IMG/VR virus record: IMGVR_UViG_3300032007_000052
Coordinates: 1 to 64,000 of that record
Length of the DNA: 64,000 nt
Source: a virus
Lineage: Duplodnaviria; Caudoviricetes
Direction: 5' to 3' (one strand)
A program made the translations under genes and the position numbers. Positions 1-9,463 of the stretch are shown here, piece by piece. Within the stretch, counting starts at the first letter, position 1; each line of letters begins with the position of its first letter. Below the pieces are notes generated by a model. That model was not told where the DNA came from. It did not search any database and saw only the letters and a program-made list of their open reading frames with translations.

Positions 1-16
1 CCTAACAAAAATGATA

Positions 17-157
17 AAATATAAACCGTCTCAAGCCATTAAAGCTTGTATAGCCAATGATGCAAACGAATAGAAGTTGCACGACTAAACAAGCGACGGT
101 AGGTTTGACTGCCAAAAGGTGAGGCTAAAGCACTCACTAAAGCCTTGTAAATTTGAG
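17..157 (+). ncRNA. tracrRNA-like/leader RNA with 5' anti-repeat
   Basis: ACCGTCTCAAGC (25-36) pairs with the repeat 5' end GTTTGAGATGGT using two G-U pairs on the + strand. It is followed by stems CATT/AATG, TGCAA/TTGCA, GGTAG/CTGCC and GTGAG/CTCAC. Confidence 0.55.
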
Positions 158-505
158 GTTTGAGATGGTAATAATTTAACAAGGGTCTCAAACTTGCAAT
201 AATGTTCTAGCTTCCAATTGTCTCGTTTGAGATGGTAATAATTTAACAAGGGTCTCAAACCTGATGACGAATATTCTGTATCTCATAAGGGTTTGAGATG
301 GTAATAATTTAACAAGGGTCTCAAACTCAGTCAGGTGCTCAACGAAGAAGGCCTAGTTTGAGACGGTAGCAAAATTACAAAGGTCTCAAACTGGCTTACC
401 GGATTTGATGTTCCATCCCTTGTTTGGGATAGATAACAAGGTTCTCAAACATCATCGATTAGATGAGAATAATGTAAAAGTTTGAGACGGTTTTAATTTA
501 ACGAG
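158..505 (+). CRISPR. CRISPR mini-array, 36-nt repeat GTTTGAGATGGTAATAATTTAACAAGGGTCTCAAAC, 5 spacers of 29-31 nt
   Basis: Identical repeats at 158-193, 225-260 and 291-326; degenerate repeats at 356-391 and 422-450; partial repeat from 480. Spacers are unique. Repeat and spacer lengths and GTTT...AAAC ends are type II-like. Confidence 0.93.
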
Positions 506-515
506 AAATAAGGTG

Positions 516-551
516 AAAATGGAAGGAAATTTAATTTTCTTCCATTTTTTT
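516..551 (+). terminator. intrinsic terminator after CRISPR array
   Basis: AAAATGGAAG...CTTCCATTTT hairpin followed by a T-run. Confidence 0.7.
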
Positions 552-570
552 ATTGCTTAGAAAGGTGTTG

Positions 571-2151
571 ATGACAGTGAGCGGAAGAATATTAATCACT
601 ACTGATGTCGAAAACATTACAAGTGAAAATGTCATATCGGTTATTCAAAAAGCCTTGTCAAAGCACCAAACTAACGCGGCTGAAATTCAAGAGTTATTGG
701 ACTTTGAGGAAGGCGAACAGCCACAACCAAGAGAAAAAAAATACAGGCCTGAAATTGATATCAATGTTGTTGACAATATTGCAAATGAAATTGTTGAATT
801 CAAACTTGGATATAACTTTGGATATCCAATTACGTTCAAGATGAGGAATTCGACAGATGGGATGATTGATGCTATTCAGGAATGGAATGATCAATATTTT
901 TTGTCTGATGCAGATTCTAATAACATAGAGCTTGCAAGATATTTAGAAATCGGTGGAATTTGCTGCACATATATTGATATAAATACTGAATGGGAAGAGG
1001 GCGAACCGTATTATATTAGGACAGTGCTTAATCCCAGAACTTCATTTGTAATTTATTCTTCTTACTATTACGACAAAAGACCGATGCTAGGTGTTACTTA
1101 TCGTAAAGATTCAGATGGTATTATTCACTATACCGCTTTTTCCAAAACAGATAGATATGAAATTAAAAACTGGAAAATAATAAATGACGATACGGGAGAG
1201 ATTAATGAGTATTGGTCTCACGAAGAAAGAAGTGGGGAAAAGAATCCTTTAAACATTATTCCGATTGTAGAGTATTTTAGAAGCTATGACCGTATGGGGT
1301 GTTTTGAGAGACAGATTCCGGAGCTTGAAAACATAAATTTACTTTTGAGTGATTTTTCAAATGACGTTGACCAGAATACTCAGGTGGTATGGTGGGCGAA
1401 TGATTGTGAGTTTGATACTGAAGAAATTACAGATGAGGAAGGAAATGTCACGGAGATTGTAAAGCATCCTCGGTCTAATGACTGGCTTCAAACTTTTACT
1501 ACGAGAGATGGTAAGATTCCAAAGGTCCAACCTTTGACAGTAACATATGATTATGCGGGGATTTTAAATAGTATTATAACTCAAAGAGCGTTAGTTCTTC
1601 AGAAGTGTAATGTTCCTCAAAGGAATGATAATTCTGGTGGTAGCACTGGCGTTGCAATGAGTGATGCTACTGGATGGAGTGCGGCTGAAACTGCGGCTGC
1701 AAAAGAAGAAATGGTTATTGCTAAATCTATTAGGCGAGAGATAAAGGTTATTTGCGCTGCAATTAGAGAGAGCAGATGCCCTGAAGATAGTCCTCTTAGA
1801 AAGATTAATTCTGCTTTGCTTGAACCTAGTATTAAACGTCAAAAGAGCTATGAATTGTCTGTTAAGACTTCTGCGATTGCGACTCTTCTTCAGCAAGGTT
1901 TTGTGCTTGAGGATGTTTTGGACGCTGTTACATTGTTTTCTGATCCGGCGCAGGTTATCGAACGTAGTGGTGAGAGTGTCAAAGATAAACAAAATGCTAA
2001 GGATTCAAGCGAAGAAATAAAAGAGGATGAGGATGTTAAGTTTGGTGCTGAGGATCCTGCTAATCAGATTTCTAATAGCCCTTTGGTTGATGGTATGAGT
2101 AAGGAAAAGGTTGAGACTGTTTCGGTAGAGAAAAAACATGTGGTTCAATAG
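571..2151 (+). CDS. phage portal protein (SPP1-like)
   Basis: About 526 aa, first gene of the head module, NPLNIIPIVEY...GCFERQI segment typical of SPP1-type portals, RBS AAAGGTG before ATG 571. Confidence 0.85.
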   Translation: MTVSGRILITTDVENITSENVISVIQKALSKHQTNAAEIQELLDFEEGEQPQPREKKYRPEIDINVVDNIANEIVEFKLGYNFGYPITFKMRNSTDGMIDAIQEWNDQYFLSDADSNNIELARYLEIGGICCTYIDINTEWEEGEPYYIRTVLNPRTSFVIYSSYYYDKRPMLGVTYRKDSDGIIHYTAFSKTDRYEIKNWKIINDDTGEINEYWSHEERSGEKNPLNIIPIVEYFRSYDRMGCFERQIPELENINLLLSDFSNDVDQNTQVVWWANDCEFDTEEITDEEGNVTEIVKHPRSNDWLQTFTTRDGKIPKVQPLTVTYDYAGILNSIITQRALVLQKCNVPQRNDNSGGSTGVAMSDATGWSAAETAAAKEEMVIAKSIRREIKVICAAIRESRCPEDSPLRKINSALLEPSIKRQKSYELSVKTSAIATLLQQGFVLEDVLDAVTLFSDPAQVIERSGESVKDKQNAKDSSEEIKEDEDVKFGAEDPANQISNSPLVDGMSKEKVETVSVEKKHVVQ

Positions 2152-2178
2152 GGCAGAATGGCATTATAGGGAGTTATT

Positions 2179-2850
2179 ATGGAAAATAAATCAATTGACG
2201 AACTTAATGCTATGTCGGGTCAAAAATCAAAGGTCAAGTTTGAAAATAAGAACAAGAGTAGTGATGGTTTTGATTACGTAGATTTTATTAATCATTATTT
2301 TGATGTCATGAAAGTTCCTAAGAGGCAAAAGGAAAAACGGATTGATGCTTCTAAGGAACTTTTTGATGTTATTTTATTTTTTCTTGTCTGGTGTGATAAG
2401 GTTTCGAAGCCTTTAGACAATAAGACTTTGAGAATGTTTGAAAATAGGTATAGGGAAGTTGTTTTTCAATATGGAGAGTCTGACGAGTATTTTGATAAAT
2501 ATATCCCTTTTATTGTAAATGAGATTGTTGATACTACTTTCAAACATAAAAGGGATGAGTATTACACGTCTGTCAAGAGGGCAGCTTCAATTGCTGTTAA
2601 TGAAGCTAATAGTGTGATAAATCATGCGGAACTTATAGATGCAATTGAACTTGGGTACAAGTATAAGATTTGGAATACTGAACAGGATAATAGTGTTAGG
2701 GAAACTCACAAAGACCTTCAGGGAGTTTCAATTCCTATTAAGGATCATTTTATTGTGGGTTTATATGAGATGGACATGCCTCATGATACGACATATGGGG
2801 CAGGGGCTGAGGAAATTAGTAATTGCAGGTGTTGGTTGACGTATAAGTAG
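2179..2850 (+). CDS. minor head protein (MuF/gp7-like)
   Basis: KIWNTEQDNSVRETH and C-terminal NCRC motifs; follows portal. Confidence 0.8.
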   Translation: MENKSIDELNAMSGQKSKVKFENKNKSSDGFDYVDFINHYFDVMKVPKRQKEKRIDASKELFDVILFFLVWCDKVSKPLDNKTLRMFENRYREVVFQYGESDEYFDKYIPFIVNEIVDTTFKHKRDEYYTSVKRAASIAVNEANSVINHAELIDAIELGYKYKIWNTEQDNSVRETHKDLQGVSIPIKDHFIVGLYEMDMPHDTTYGAGAEEISNCRCWLTYK

Positions 2851-2871
2851 TGCGAATGTGAGGTGTTTAAT

Positions 2872-3063
2872 ATGGCTATAAATAGCATTAATAGTACGAC
2901 GCAGAACGGTGTTGGCCACTTATGCGTTGATTTTGCAACTGATATGGCTGATTTACCGGAGTATGCAAGAAGTAACAATCTTAGAGAGGGTACAGACTGC
3001 ATATGCATTGAAGATGGCAGGGTTTATATGATGCAGTCAACTTTTGAATTTAAAGAAATCTGA
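2872..3063 (+). CDS. small hypothetical virion-module protein
   Basis: ORF with GAGGTG RBS inside the structural operon. Confidence 0.6.
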   Translation: MAINSINSTTQNGVGHLCVDFATDMADLPEYARSNNLREGTDCICIEDGRVYMMQSTFEFKEI

Positions 3064-3090
3064 TGAGGATGCGTTGGAAAGGAGGGCAAA

Positions 3091-3603
3091 ATGGATATAA
3101 TCGCATGGGCTAAAAGCAAAAGATATACAGATGAATCCATTTTAGGTATCACCGGTGTTCTTGCCGGAAAAAACTGCACAATTGCATCCGCTACTAAAGA
3201 AGATGGTTTGACCACAATTGTATTTAAATGGACTGCTGATACTGGTGAGGAGAGGACTACTTCTATTGAAGTCGAAGATGGTACTCCTATTTATGTTTGG
3301 GAAAGTGGTAATCATTACGAATATGGTGACTTGGCTATTTATGAGTCTTGTTTTTATCGTTGTATTACTGCTAACTCGGATGTGACTTTCGATGATACGA
3401 AATGGAATGAAATTGGTTCGCCGGATGGAAACTTTGATATTGTTGCTAATAGGACTTTGCTTCCGACTAGATATACGGCGGCTGATAGAAAGATGTATTA
3501 CTCAATTGCTGATGGTTATTTTTGGCTTTGGGATGGTACAGAATGGGTGATTCAACCACCTAAAAGCATAACAATAGAACAAATAGATGCATTGTTTGAT
3601 TAG
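3091..3603 (+). CDS. putative head fibre/decoration protein with CBM5/12-like segment
   Basis: WESGNHYEYGDLAIYESCFYRCITAN...W carbohydrate-binding-like motif; C-terminal ITIEQIDALFD. Confidence 0.55.
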   Translation: MDIIAWAKSKRYTDESILGITGVLAGKNCTIASATKEDGLTTIVFKWTADTGEERTTSIEVEDGTPIYVWESGNHYEYGDLAIYESCFYRCITANSDVTFDDTKWNEIGSPDGNFDIVANRTLLPTRYTAADRKMYYSIADGYFWLWDGTEWVIQPPKSITIEQIDALFD

Positions 3604-3621
3604 TTATAAGGAGAAAAAATC

Positions 3622-4518
3622 ATGGAAAAACAATTTCTTGATTACGAGGGTTTACAAGAATTAGTTGCAAAGATTAAAGAAAAATATGCAACAATTAAGG
3701 CTTTTATTTTCAAAGGAACTGTTGCTAATATTGCAGCTCTTCCGCCTATTGCTGACCAGAAGCCTGGTTATGTTTACAATGTGACTAAGGGTGGTACAAC
3801 AACAGCAGATTTCGATATTGGTGCTGGTCATCCTCTTCGTGATGGTGATAACGTTGTTGCTATCAATAATGGTACGGATGCTGTTCCTATTATGAAGTGG
3901 GATATTTTGGGTGCAACATTTGTTATTGAGGACAGATTGCAGTTTGGTGATACGTTCCCATCTGAGCCTGAAAATGATCAGACTTTCTTGTATATGGGTG
4001 ATACAACTTATACCTATACGAATGTAAGTGCTACACTTACTCCAAGTGATAATCCATCTACTGCTTCTTTTTTCGAGTATGATGAGGTTAATAACGAGTA
4101 CAACCCTAGTGCTGATTTATATGTAGATGAGTCTAAGACTTATTACACGATAGCTTCTGATACTCCAACATCAGATCCACAAGCTGAGGGCTTCTACGAA
4201 CTTGATGGAACTAAGTATGTTGCATCAACTGATACTACTGTTGATTCTGGAAAGACTTATTACAAGGCTTCGATTGCTACTGTTGTTCGTGGTGATAATC
4301 CTAAGACAATGGGTTTGTACGAGACAGATGGTACAGACTACTCTTTGACAAATGATGAGTATGTTGTTAGTGGAAAGAATTATTTTACTCGTGCTGAACA
4401 GTATGTAACTGGTGTTATTTATAAGTACAATACTGCTTCTACAAGTTGGGTTCCTCAGACTGCGGGAGATACTTATATTCCTATTACAAAGTCTCAGATC
4501 GACAGTTTGTTTGATTAA
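3622..4518 (+). CDS. putative fibre/decoration protein with internal repeats
   Basis: N-terminal FLDYEGL, three NP/DP..G.YE...Y..S.D..V...KTYY-like repeats, C-terminal ITKSQIDSLFD. Confidence 0.6.
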   Translation: MEKQFLDYEGLQELVAKIKEKYATIKAFIFKGTVANIAALPPIADQKPGYVYNVTKGGTTTADFDIGAGHPLRDGDNVVAINNGTDAVPIMKWDILGATFVIEDRLQFGDTFPSEPENDQTFLYMGDTTYTYTNVSATLTPSDNPSTASFFEYDEVNNEYNPSADLYVDESKTYYTIASDTPTSDPQAEGFYELDGTKYVASTDTTVDSGKTYYKASIATVVRGDNPKTMGLYETDGTDYSLTNDEYVVSGKNYFTRAEQYVTGVIYKYNTASTSWVPQTAGDTYIPITKSQIDSLFD

Positions 4519-4575
4519 ATTGTTGTGCGTACTCATGGGTACGCACTTTTTTGTATGATAATGAGGTGCGTACTT

Positions 4576-5715
4576 ATGAGTAATAAAGAATTTTTAGATT
4601 ACGAGGGTTTGGGTTATTTAGCTGAACATGTTAATTTACAAGATGGCAAAAAGATTGTAAAGAAGTTACGAACTGGCGAAACTACATTAACGATTACGGA
4701 TTCAGTGATTACAACTGATTCTATTATTGACATTTATTCTGATTTATATGGTGCTTATGCTACTTCGGTAACACAGAGCAATGGTTCACTTAGTATTACT
4801 TTTCCAGCTCAAGATAGGGATTTAAATATAATTGTAATTGTAAGAGATGGTAGGGGAGGTGGCATTAACCCTACCGGAAATGCTGTTGAGGGTGATGTTT
4901 TACTTAACAAGACTTTCTCAAATGATGATGGTGTTGATAAGGTTGGAACAATGCCTAACAATGGTGCGGTATCTCCATCTGCATTATCTCCAAATGGTAG
5001 TTATACAATACCTGAAGGATATCACAATGGAAATGGAGTTGTGACTGCAAGTCCGAATACGGGTACATATTCTCCAACGACACGCAATGCGGCTCTTGAC
5101 ATGGGTATTGATAATCTTAACAGATATGTTGATACAACGGGAGTTCCTAATTCAAATACAGAAACTTACATTGCTTCGTCTCGTGGTGCGTCACTTGATA
5201 TGGGTGCAACAAATTCGTATAGATATGTAAATACAAATGGAGTACCCAATAGTAACAGTAGTACATACACTTACCCAGCAAATGATACGGGCGGAACAAA
5301 AGACCTCGGTGAGACTAACACCTACCGCTATGTAAACGCTTCTAACGTTTATAATAAAGGGATTACAGATAGTGGCGTTTTGTACGAATTAAAGATAACA
5401 CACGCAGTAAATAGTAACAAGATATATTTAACAATCATAGAACTTGTTAGTAATACAACTAAAGTAAATAATAAAGAATTTACTACCGGAACGGTAGGTG
5501 GAAATCCTTTATTTACACAATCGGTAGATGGAATTACTTTTAACGCAAAGATTGGGGATGGAACAAGTAATGTTTATGCTGGAACATATAATGTAACAGC
5601 TTCAAAAGGAACTTCAACTAAAACGAAAAGCATACCACAACACGGAGCTGGAAACTGGTCAAATAGTTATACGTTGATATTTGATTTTATGTTAAAAGGC
5701 TCAACGATTTATTAA
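4576..5715 (+). CDS. fibre-like protein A (paralog of 8454-9374)
   Basis: GAGGTG RBS, FLDYEGL N-terminus, repeated LDMG..N.YRYVNTNGVPNSN units, unique C-terminal domain after NVYNKG. Confidence 0.7.
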   Translation: MSNKEFLDYEGLGYLAEHVNLQDGKKIVKKLRTGETTLTITDSVITTDSIIDIYSDLYGAYATSVTQSNGSLSITFPAQDRDLNIIVIVRDGRGGGINPTGNAVEGDVLLNKTFSNDDGVDKVGTMPNNGAVSPSALSPNGSYTIPEGYHNGNGVVTASPNTGTYSPTTRNAALDMGIDNLNRYVDTTGVPNSNTETYIASSRGASLDMGATNSYRYVNTNGVPNSNSSTYTYPANDTGGTKDLGETNTYRYVNASNVYNKGITDSGVLYELKITHAVNSNKIYLTIIELVSNTTKVNNKEFTTGTVGGNPLFTQSVDGITFNAKIGDGTSNVYAGTYNVTASKGTSTKTKSIPQHGAGNWSNSYTLIFDFMLKGSTIY

Positions 5716-5760
5716 ATAAAATGATTTTTATAATGCCGACAATGTTGTAGGGAGGGAGCC

Positions 5761-6267
5761 ATGTCAATAATTAATTATTTAGATTATGACGGTATTGAAG
5801 AGGTCGCTGATATTATAAATAGGCGAGATGGGAAAAGAATAAAACGAACATTACTAGCAGGACAAACTGAATTGGTGATTACTGATCCATGGATAGATGA
5901 TTCTGCTGTTATTGATATATATCCGGAATTTTACGGAATTGATCCAATTAGTGTTATCCAAAATGGGTCAACACTGACGTTAACTTTTATGCAACAATTA
6001 TTTGATTTAGATGTTACTGTCGTTATTCGTGATTTAACCCGTCGTGAGGGGGGTGAGGGTGATATGTATAAGGCTGATTATGATCCAAATGAGGATGTTT
6101 TAGATGCTGGCGGTATTCCAGAATATGTACAAGATGTGATGGACACACACGAGGCTTCTTATGATTCGGATTCTGCTGTTAAAAACGCTGGCGGTATAGC
6201 TGACTATGTGCATGATTATTTAATTACAGAGGAGCAGTGGACGCAGATTAATTCGATTCTAAGTTGA
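5761..6267 (+). CDS. fibre-associated adaptor-like protein
   Basis: YLDYDGI N-terminus; shares a ~65-aa beta domain with 4576 and 9906; two repeats of YD....V..AGGI..YV. Confidence 0.6.
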   Translation: MSIINYLDYDGIEEVADIINRRDGKRIKRTLLAGQTELVITDPWIDDSAVIDIYPEFYGIDPISVIQNGSTLTLTFMQQLFDLDVTVVIRDLTRREGGEGDMYKADYDPNEDVLDAGGIPEYVQDVMDTHEASYDSDSAVKNAGGIADYVHDYLITEEQWTQINSILS

Positions 6268-6277
6268 GGTACAATCA

Positions 6278-6946
6278 ATGAAAACGATAATAAATTTTGC
6301 GAACAAAGTAAGAAGCTTGGTGGATGGCAGAATGTCGAATATCGCTAATGTCGAAGAGAGTCCGTCTACTCATGCTTATACAGTAGGTAAGCAGCTTATT
6401 TTCAATGGGTTACTTTGCAAGGCTACAAGTGCGATTGCGGTAGGTGATACTTTGGCAGTTGGCACTAATATAGCACTGTCTGACAATGTTGTAGAACAAA
6501 TCTATTCGCTAAATCAAGGTTTGACGAATAGTATAAAGATTTCCGATGTTGCGAATGATTTAACAGTTACTACCGCTGGAAAAGTACTTGATGCAAGACA
6601 AGGGAAGATTTTAAACGAAAAAATTCAACATGTTAGAATTGATTTTAAGCAGAATATAATCGACCAATTAGGCAACACAACATATTACGAAAGTGCTGAC
6701 GGACTTATTAAAAAATCTGTATATATTTTTTTACCAACAGAATATACACCTTCAAATGTTGAATGTATATGTACTCTAGCACAAACATCATCATGTTTCG
6801 GAATAACAACAGCGGCTATTTCTAGTGCAACAAGAATATATGTATATTATAACGCACTAATTCAAAACATCACTGCAAAAGCTTTAGCTACAAGCACAAA
6901 CCCAGTGTATGAGTGTTACGTTGACTTCTTTATATTGATGAAATAA
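6278..6946 (+). CDS. fibre-like protein B, expressed orientation of invertible cassette 1
   Basis: Constant N-terminus up to NQGLTNS, which is encoded by the 22-bp inversion site; variable C-terminus follows. Confidence 0.75.
   Translation: MKTIINFANKVRSLVDGRMSNIANVEESPSTHAYTVGKQLIFNGLLCKATSAIAVGDTLAVGTNIALSDNVVEQIYSLNQGLTNSIKISDVANDLTVTTAGKVLDARQGKILNEKIQHVRIDFKQNIIDQLGNTTYYESADGLIKKSVYIFLPTEYTPSNVECICTLAQTSSCFGITTAAISSATRIYVYYNALIQNITAKALATSTNPVYECYVDFFILMK
6511..6532 (+). repeat. inversion site IR1-left AAATCAAGGTTTGACGAATAGT
   Basis: Perfect inverted copy at 8306-8327. Confidence 0.9.
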
Positions 6947-8327
6947 TCATAAATTAGCTGATAGAAAAATTCGTGAATCATTAGTTCCAGCTTTTGTAGC
7001 AAGCTTATACGATGAGTTAAGTGTAAATGCATTGGTTGAATTTATACCTAAATTTATATTAGATACATCTACAATATCACCAAAGCCCACTATACCTATA
7101 TCAGGATTTAAAAGTGTTGGTGAACCCGAACCAACTTGAGTCACAATCCAATCACCGGTTATTTGTTCAATTGTTGGGGTTTTTATCATAGGAACTGGCA
7201 AATACATAGGAAACCAAATATCTGAAGTACTATATGGCATACCTATAGTCACTTGTAGTCCGTTTCCGTTCGTTCCCTTTTTTCCAATAATTTGAAAATA
7301 CCTCTGACACTTAGCTAACTCTTGTTGGTAATTCGGCGCACTATCCATAGAAAGCGTGGATATTGTACCGAGTTCGAGTTTGACAGAATGAATTGTAAGT
7401 GATTTGTTTGCTTTTATGTCAAAACAAGCTGCTTCATACCATCCAACGGTACCAGAAAAACTTGTTGGCATTGTAAATGTTACAGATGTAATATTCCTAC
7501 CACTTGGAATATCTATACCACATAAACTTTCCCAGTCTCCGACTTTTTTAGAAACTCCAGCATATAAACGTCCACAATTACTTGCTGGCGCAGTTACATC
7601 TGCGCTCAAAGTTAATGTTTTTCCTTTTAATCTATCTAAGTCCTCTAAAGGAAGGTTTTCAATAAAATAAATAGAACGAGATTGAGGGTTTGTAATTGTA
7701 ACACTCTTATCACTATTGCTTACAACTGTACAACTTTCTAGGCTTGAAAGCATATTCCATCTATCTAAAGAGTAACCACCGTTAAATGAATATGTTGACT
7801 GTCCTCTTTGATTAACAGTAAACCAAGGGTTATCCAAAAGATTAGGATTGCTAATAGCCTGAACATAAGGTGTCATTTCTCTATTTGTCATAGAGTATGG
7901 TACATATGTATCATCTTGGATAGAGGCTGGGCGGAGCATAGGCTTAAATACAAGATTATTCACAACACTTTGTGCTGTTATCCAAATTGCAACGCGCCAA
8001 AGCCCAGTATTTGTACTTAAAGGTATTGTTATTCCATTTCCTTCATCAGCAAATGACTCGTCTACATAATTTGTATATTGTAGTGAATACGTACTTCTTG
8101 AACCACCATCAGGACATCCGGACAAAATCATTCCCCTTGCGTCAATATCTAATGCAATTGTAAAGCCAGTATTAGCTGATGCGGTTCCATTTGCCGTGAT
8201 ACTACCATCATCATTTACAGTAAACGTCACACCATTCACCGTCTGATTTGTGGCATTATTTGGAAGTAGATTCTTCGCACCAAGCACATTATTCATATCA
8301 GCTAAACTATTCGTCAAACCTTGATTT
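6947..8327 (-). CDS. silent alternative C-terminal cassette for protein B (receptor/carbohydrate-binding-like)
   Basis: In-frame with the IR (NQGLTNS-LADMNN...). Its stop abuts the stop of 6278-6946. Contains NLLDNPWFTVNQRGQ and ELAKCQRYF tail-fibre-type motifs. Confidence 0.8.
8306..8327 (-). repeat. inversion site IR1-right
   Basis: ACTATTCGTCAAACCTTGATTT is the reverse complement of 6511-6532. Confidence 0.9.
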
Positions 8328-8453
8328 TTAGCATAATTGCAAACAAACGTAAATAAAATGATAAAGTAAACTATTCGCATAACTTACATTTTGCGAAGAG
8401 TTTTATTTGTAACTATATTAAATACCGAACACTATTTTAGTGAGGTGATTTTT

Positions 8454-9374
8454 ATGGCTTTTTACAAACTTGGCACTAGAGAAGGTGGTGTTAATCCTAC
8501 TGGTAATGCAGTAGAAGCTAACGTCTTAAAAGATAAAACATTCTCCAATGCTAGTGGTATAAATAAAATAGGCACTATGCCAGACAATTCTACAACTACG
8601 TCTAATGGTACTGTTCCTGGCATAAATTCATCATATCCTAATATTCCTATTCGCCCTGGCTCTAATTTGCAAATGGGTGTCAATACTGATGGTGTTAAGC
8701 AACTTGCTATAGAACCACCACAAGGTTATTATCCCGGAGGTGGATCAAGTTACATTGGTGTTGATGCAGATGATTTAGGTGATGCTGTTGCAAGTGATGT
8801 TGCTTCCGGAAAAACGTTCACATCTGAAAATGGTATTGCAGTAGTTGGTACAAGGGAAAATTCTGGAACTTACACTGCAACGTCCCGCAATGCTGCGCTC
8901 GACATGGGTAATCCTAACACATACAGATATGTCAATACAAATGGAGTGCCCAATAGTAATAGTGGAACATATACTTTTGCATCAGGTGATACCGGCGGCA
9001 CGAAAGATTTGGGTGAAACCAACACATACCGCTACGTAAACGCTACTAACGTCTACAATAAGGGTAAAAGTGACGGGGTTTTAAGTTCAAACTTTAAGTA
9101 TGCATTGCTAACGCAAAATAATTCCGGAATTGTCAGTTATATAAATTTAGAAACCGGAGCTTACATCAAACAAAGTATTGCATATACTACTTCTGTTACA
9201 ATAGATGGGCATGTATTATCACTTTCATATAGTAATGGTTACAATTTAAGTATTTCATCTGGAAGTATTTCAGGATATAGATTTACAGGACCAAACATAA
9301 GTTTTGCAGTTTTAAATAACTTTAAAAGTGGAAATATAGGGGCTGTAGCACAAGTTATTTTTAATTTTGACTAA
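8454..9374 (+). CDS. fibre-like protein C, expressed orientation of invertible cassette 2
   Basis: GAGGTG RBS and ATG 8454; paralog of 4576; variable C-terminus after NVYNKGKSDGVL. Confidence 0.75.
   Translation: MAFYKLGTREGGVNPTGNAVEANVLKDKTFSNASGINKIGTMPDNSTTTSNGTVPGINSSYPNIPIRPGSNLQMGVNTDGVKQLAIEPPQGYYPGGGSSYIGVDADDLGDAVASDVASGKTFTSENGIAVVGTRENSGTYTATSRNAALDMGNPNTYRYVNTNGVPNSNSGTYTFASGDTGGTKDLGETNTYRYVNATNVYNKGKSDGVLSSNFKYALLTQNNSGIVSYINLETGAYIKQSIAYTTSVTIDGHVLSLSYSNGYNLSISSGSISGYRFTGPNISFAVLNNFKSGNIGAVAQVIFNFD
9021..9084 (+). repeat. inverted repeat IR2-left (64 bp)
   Basis: 63/64 identical to the reverse complement of 9820-9883. Confidence 0.92.
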
Positions 9375-9463
9375 TAAAAAACAAGTATTAATTAATTATG
9401 ATATACGAATATCTTTTATTTGTGTTCATTCCACAACGAAATAAAGCCATATCTTTCACCTCA

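Noticed and set aside
194-479. Self-targeting of CRISPR spacers within the window
   Set aside because: No match seen by eye on either strand; an alignment is needed to exclude partial matches.
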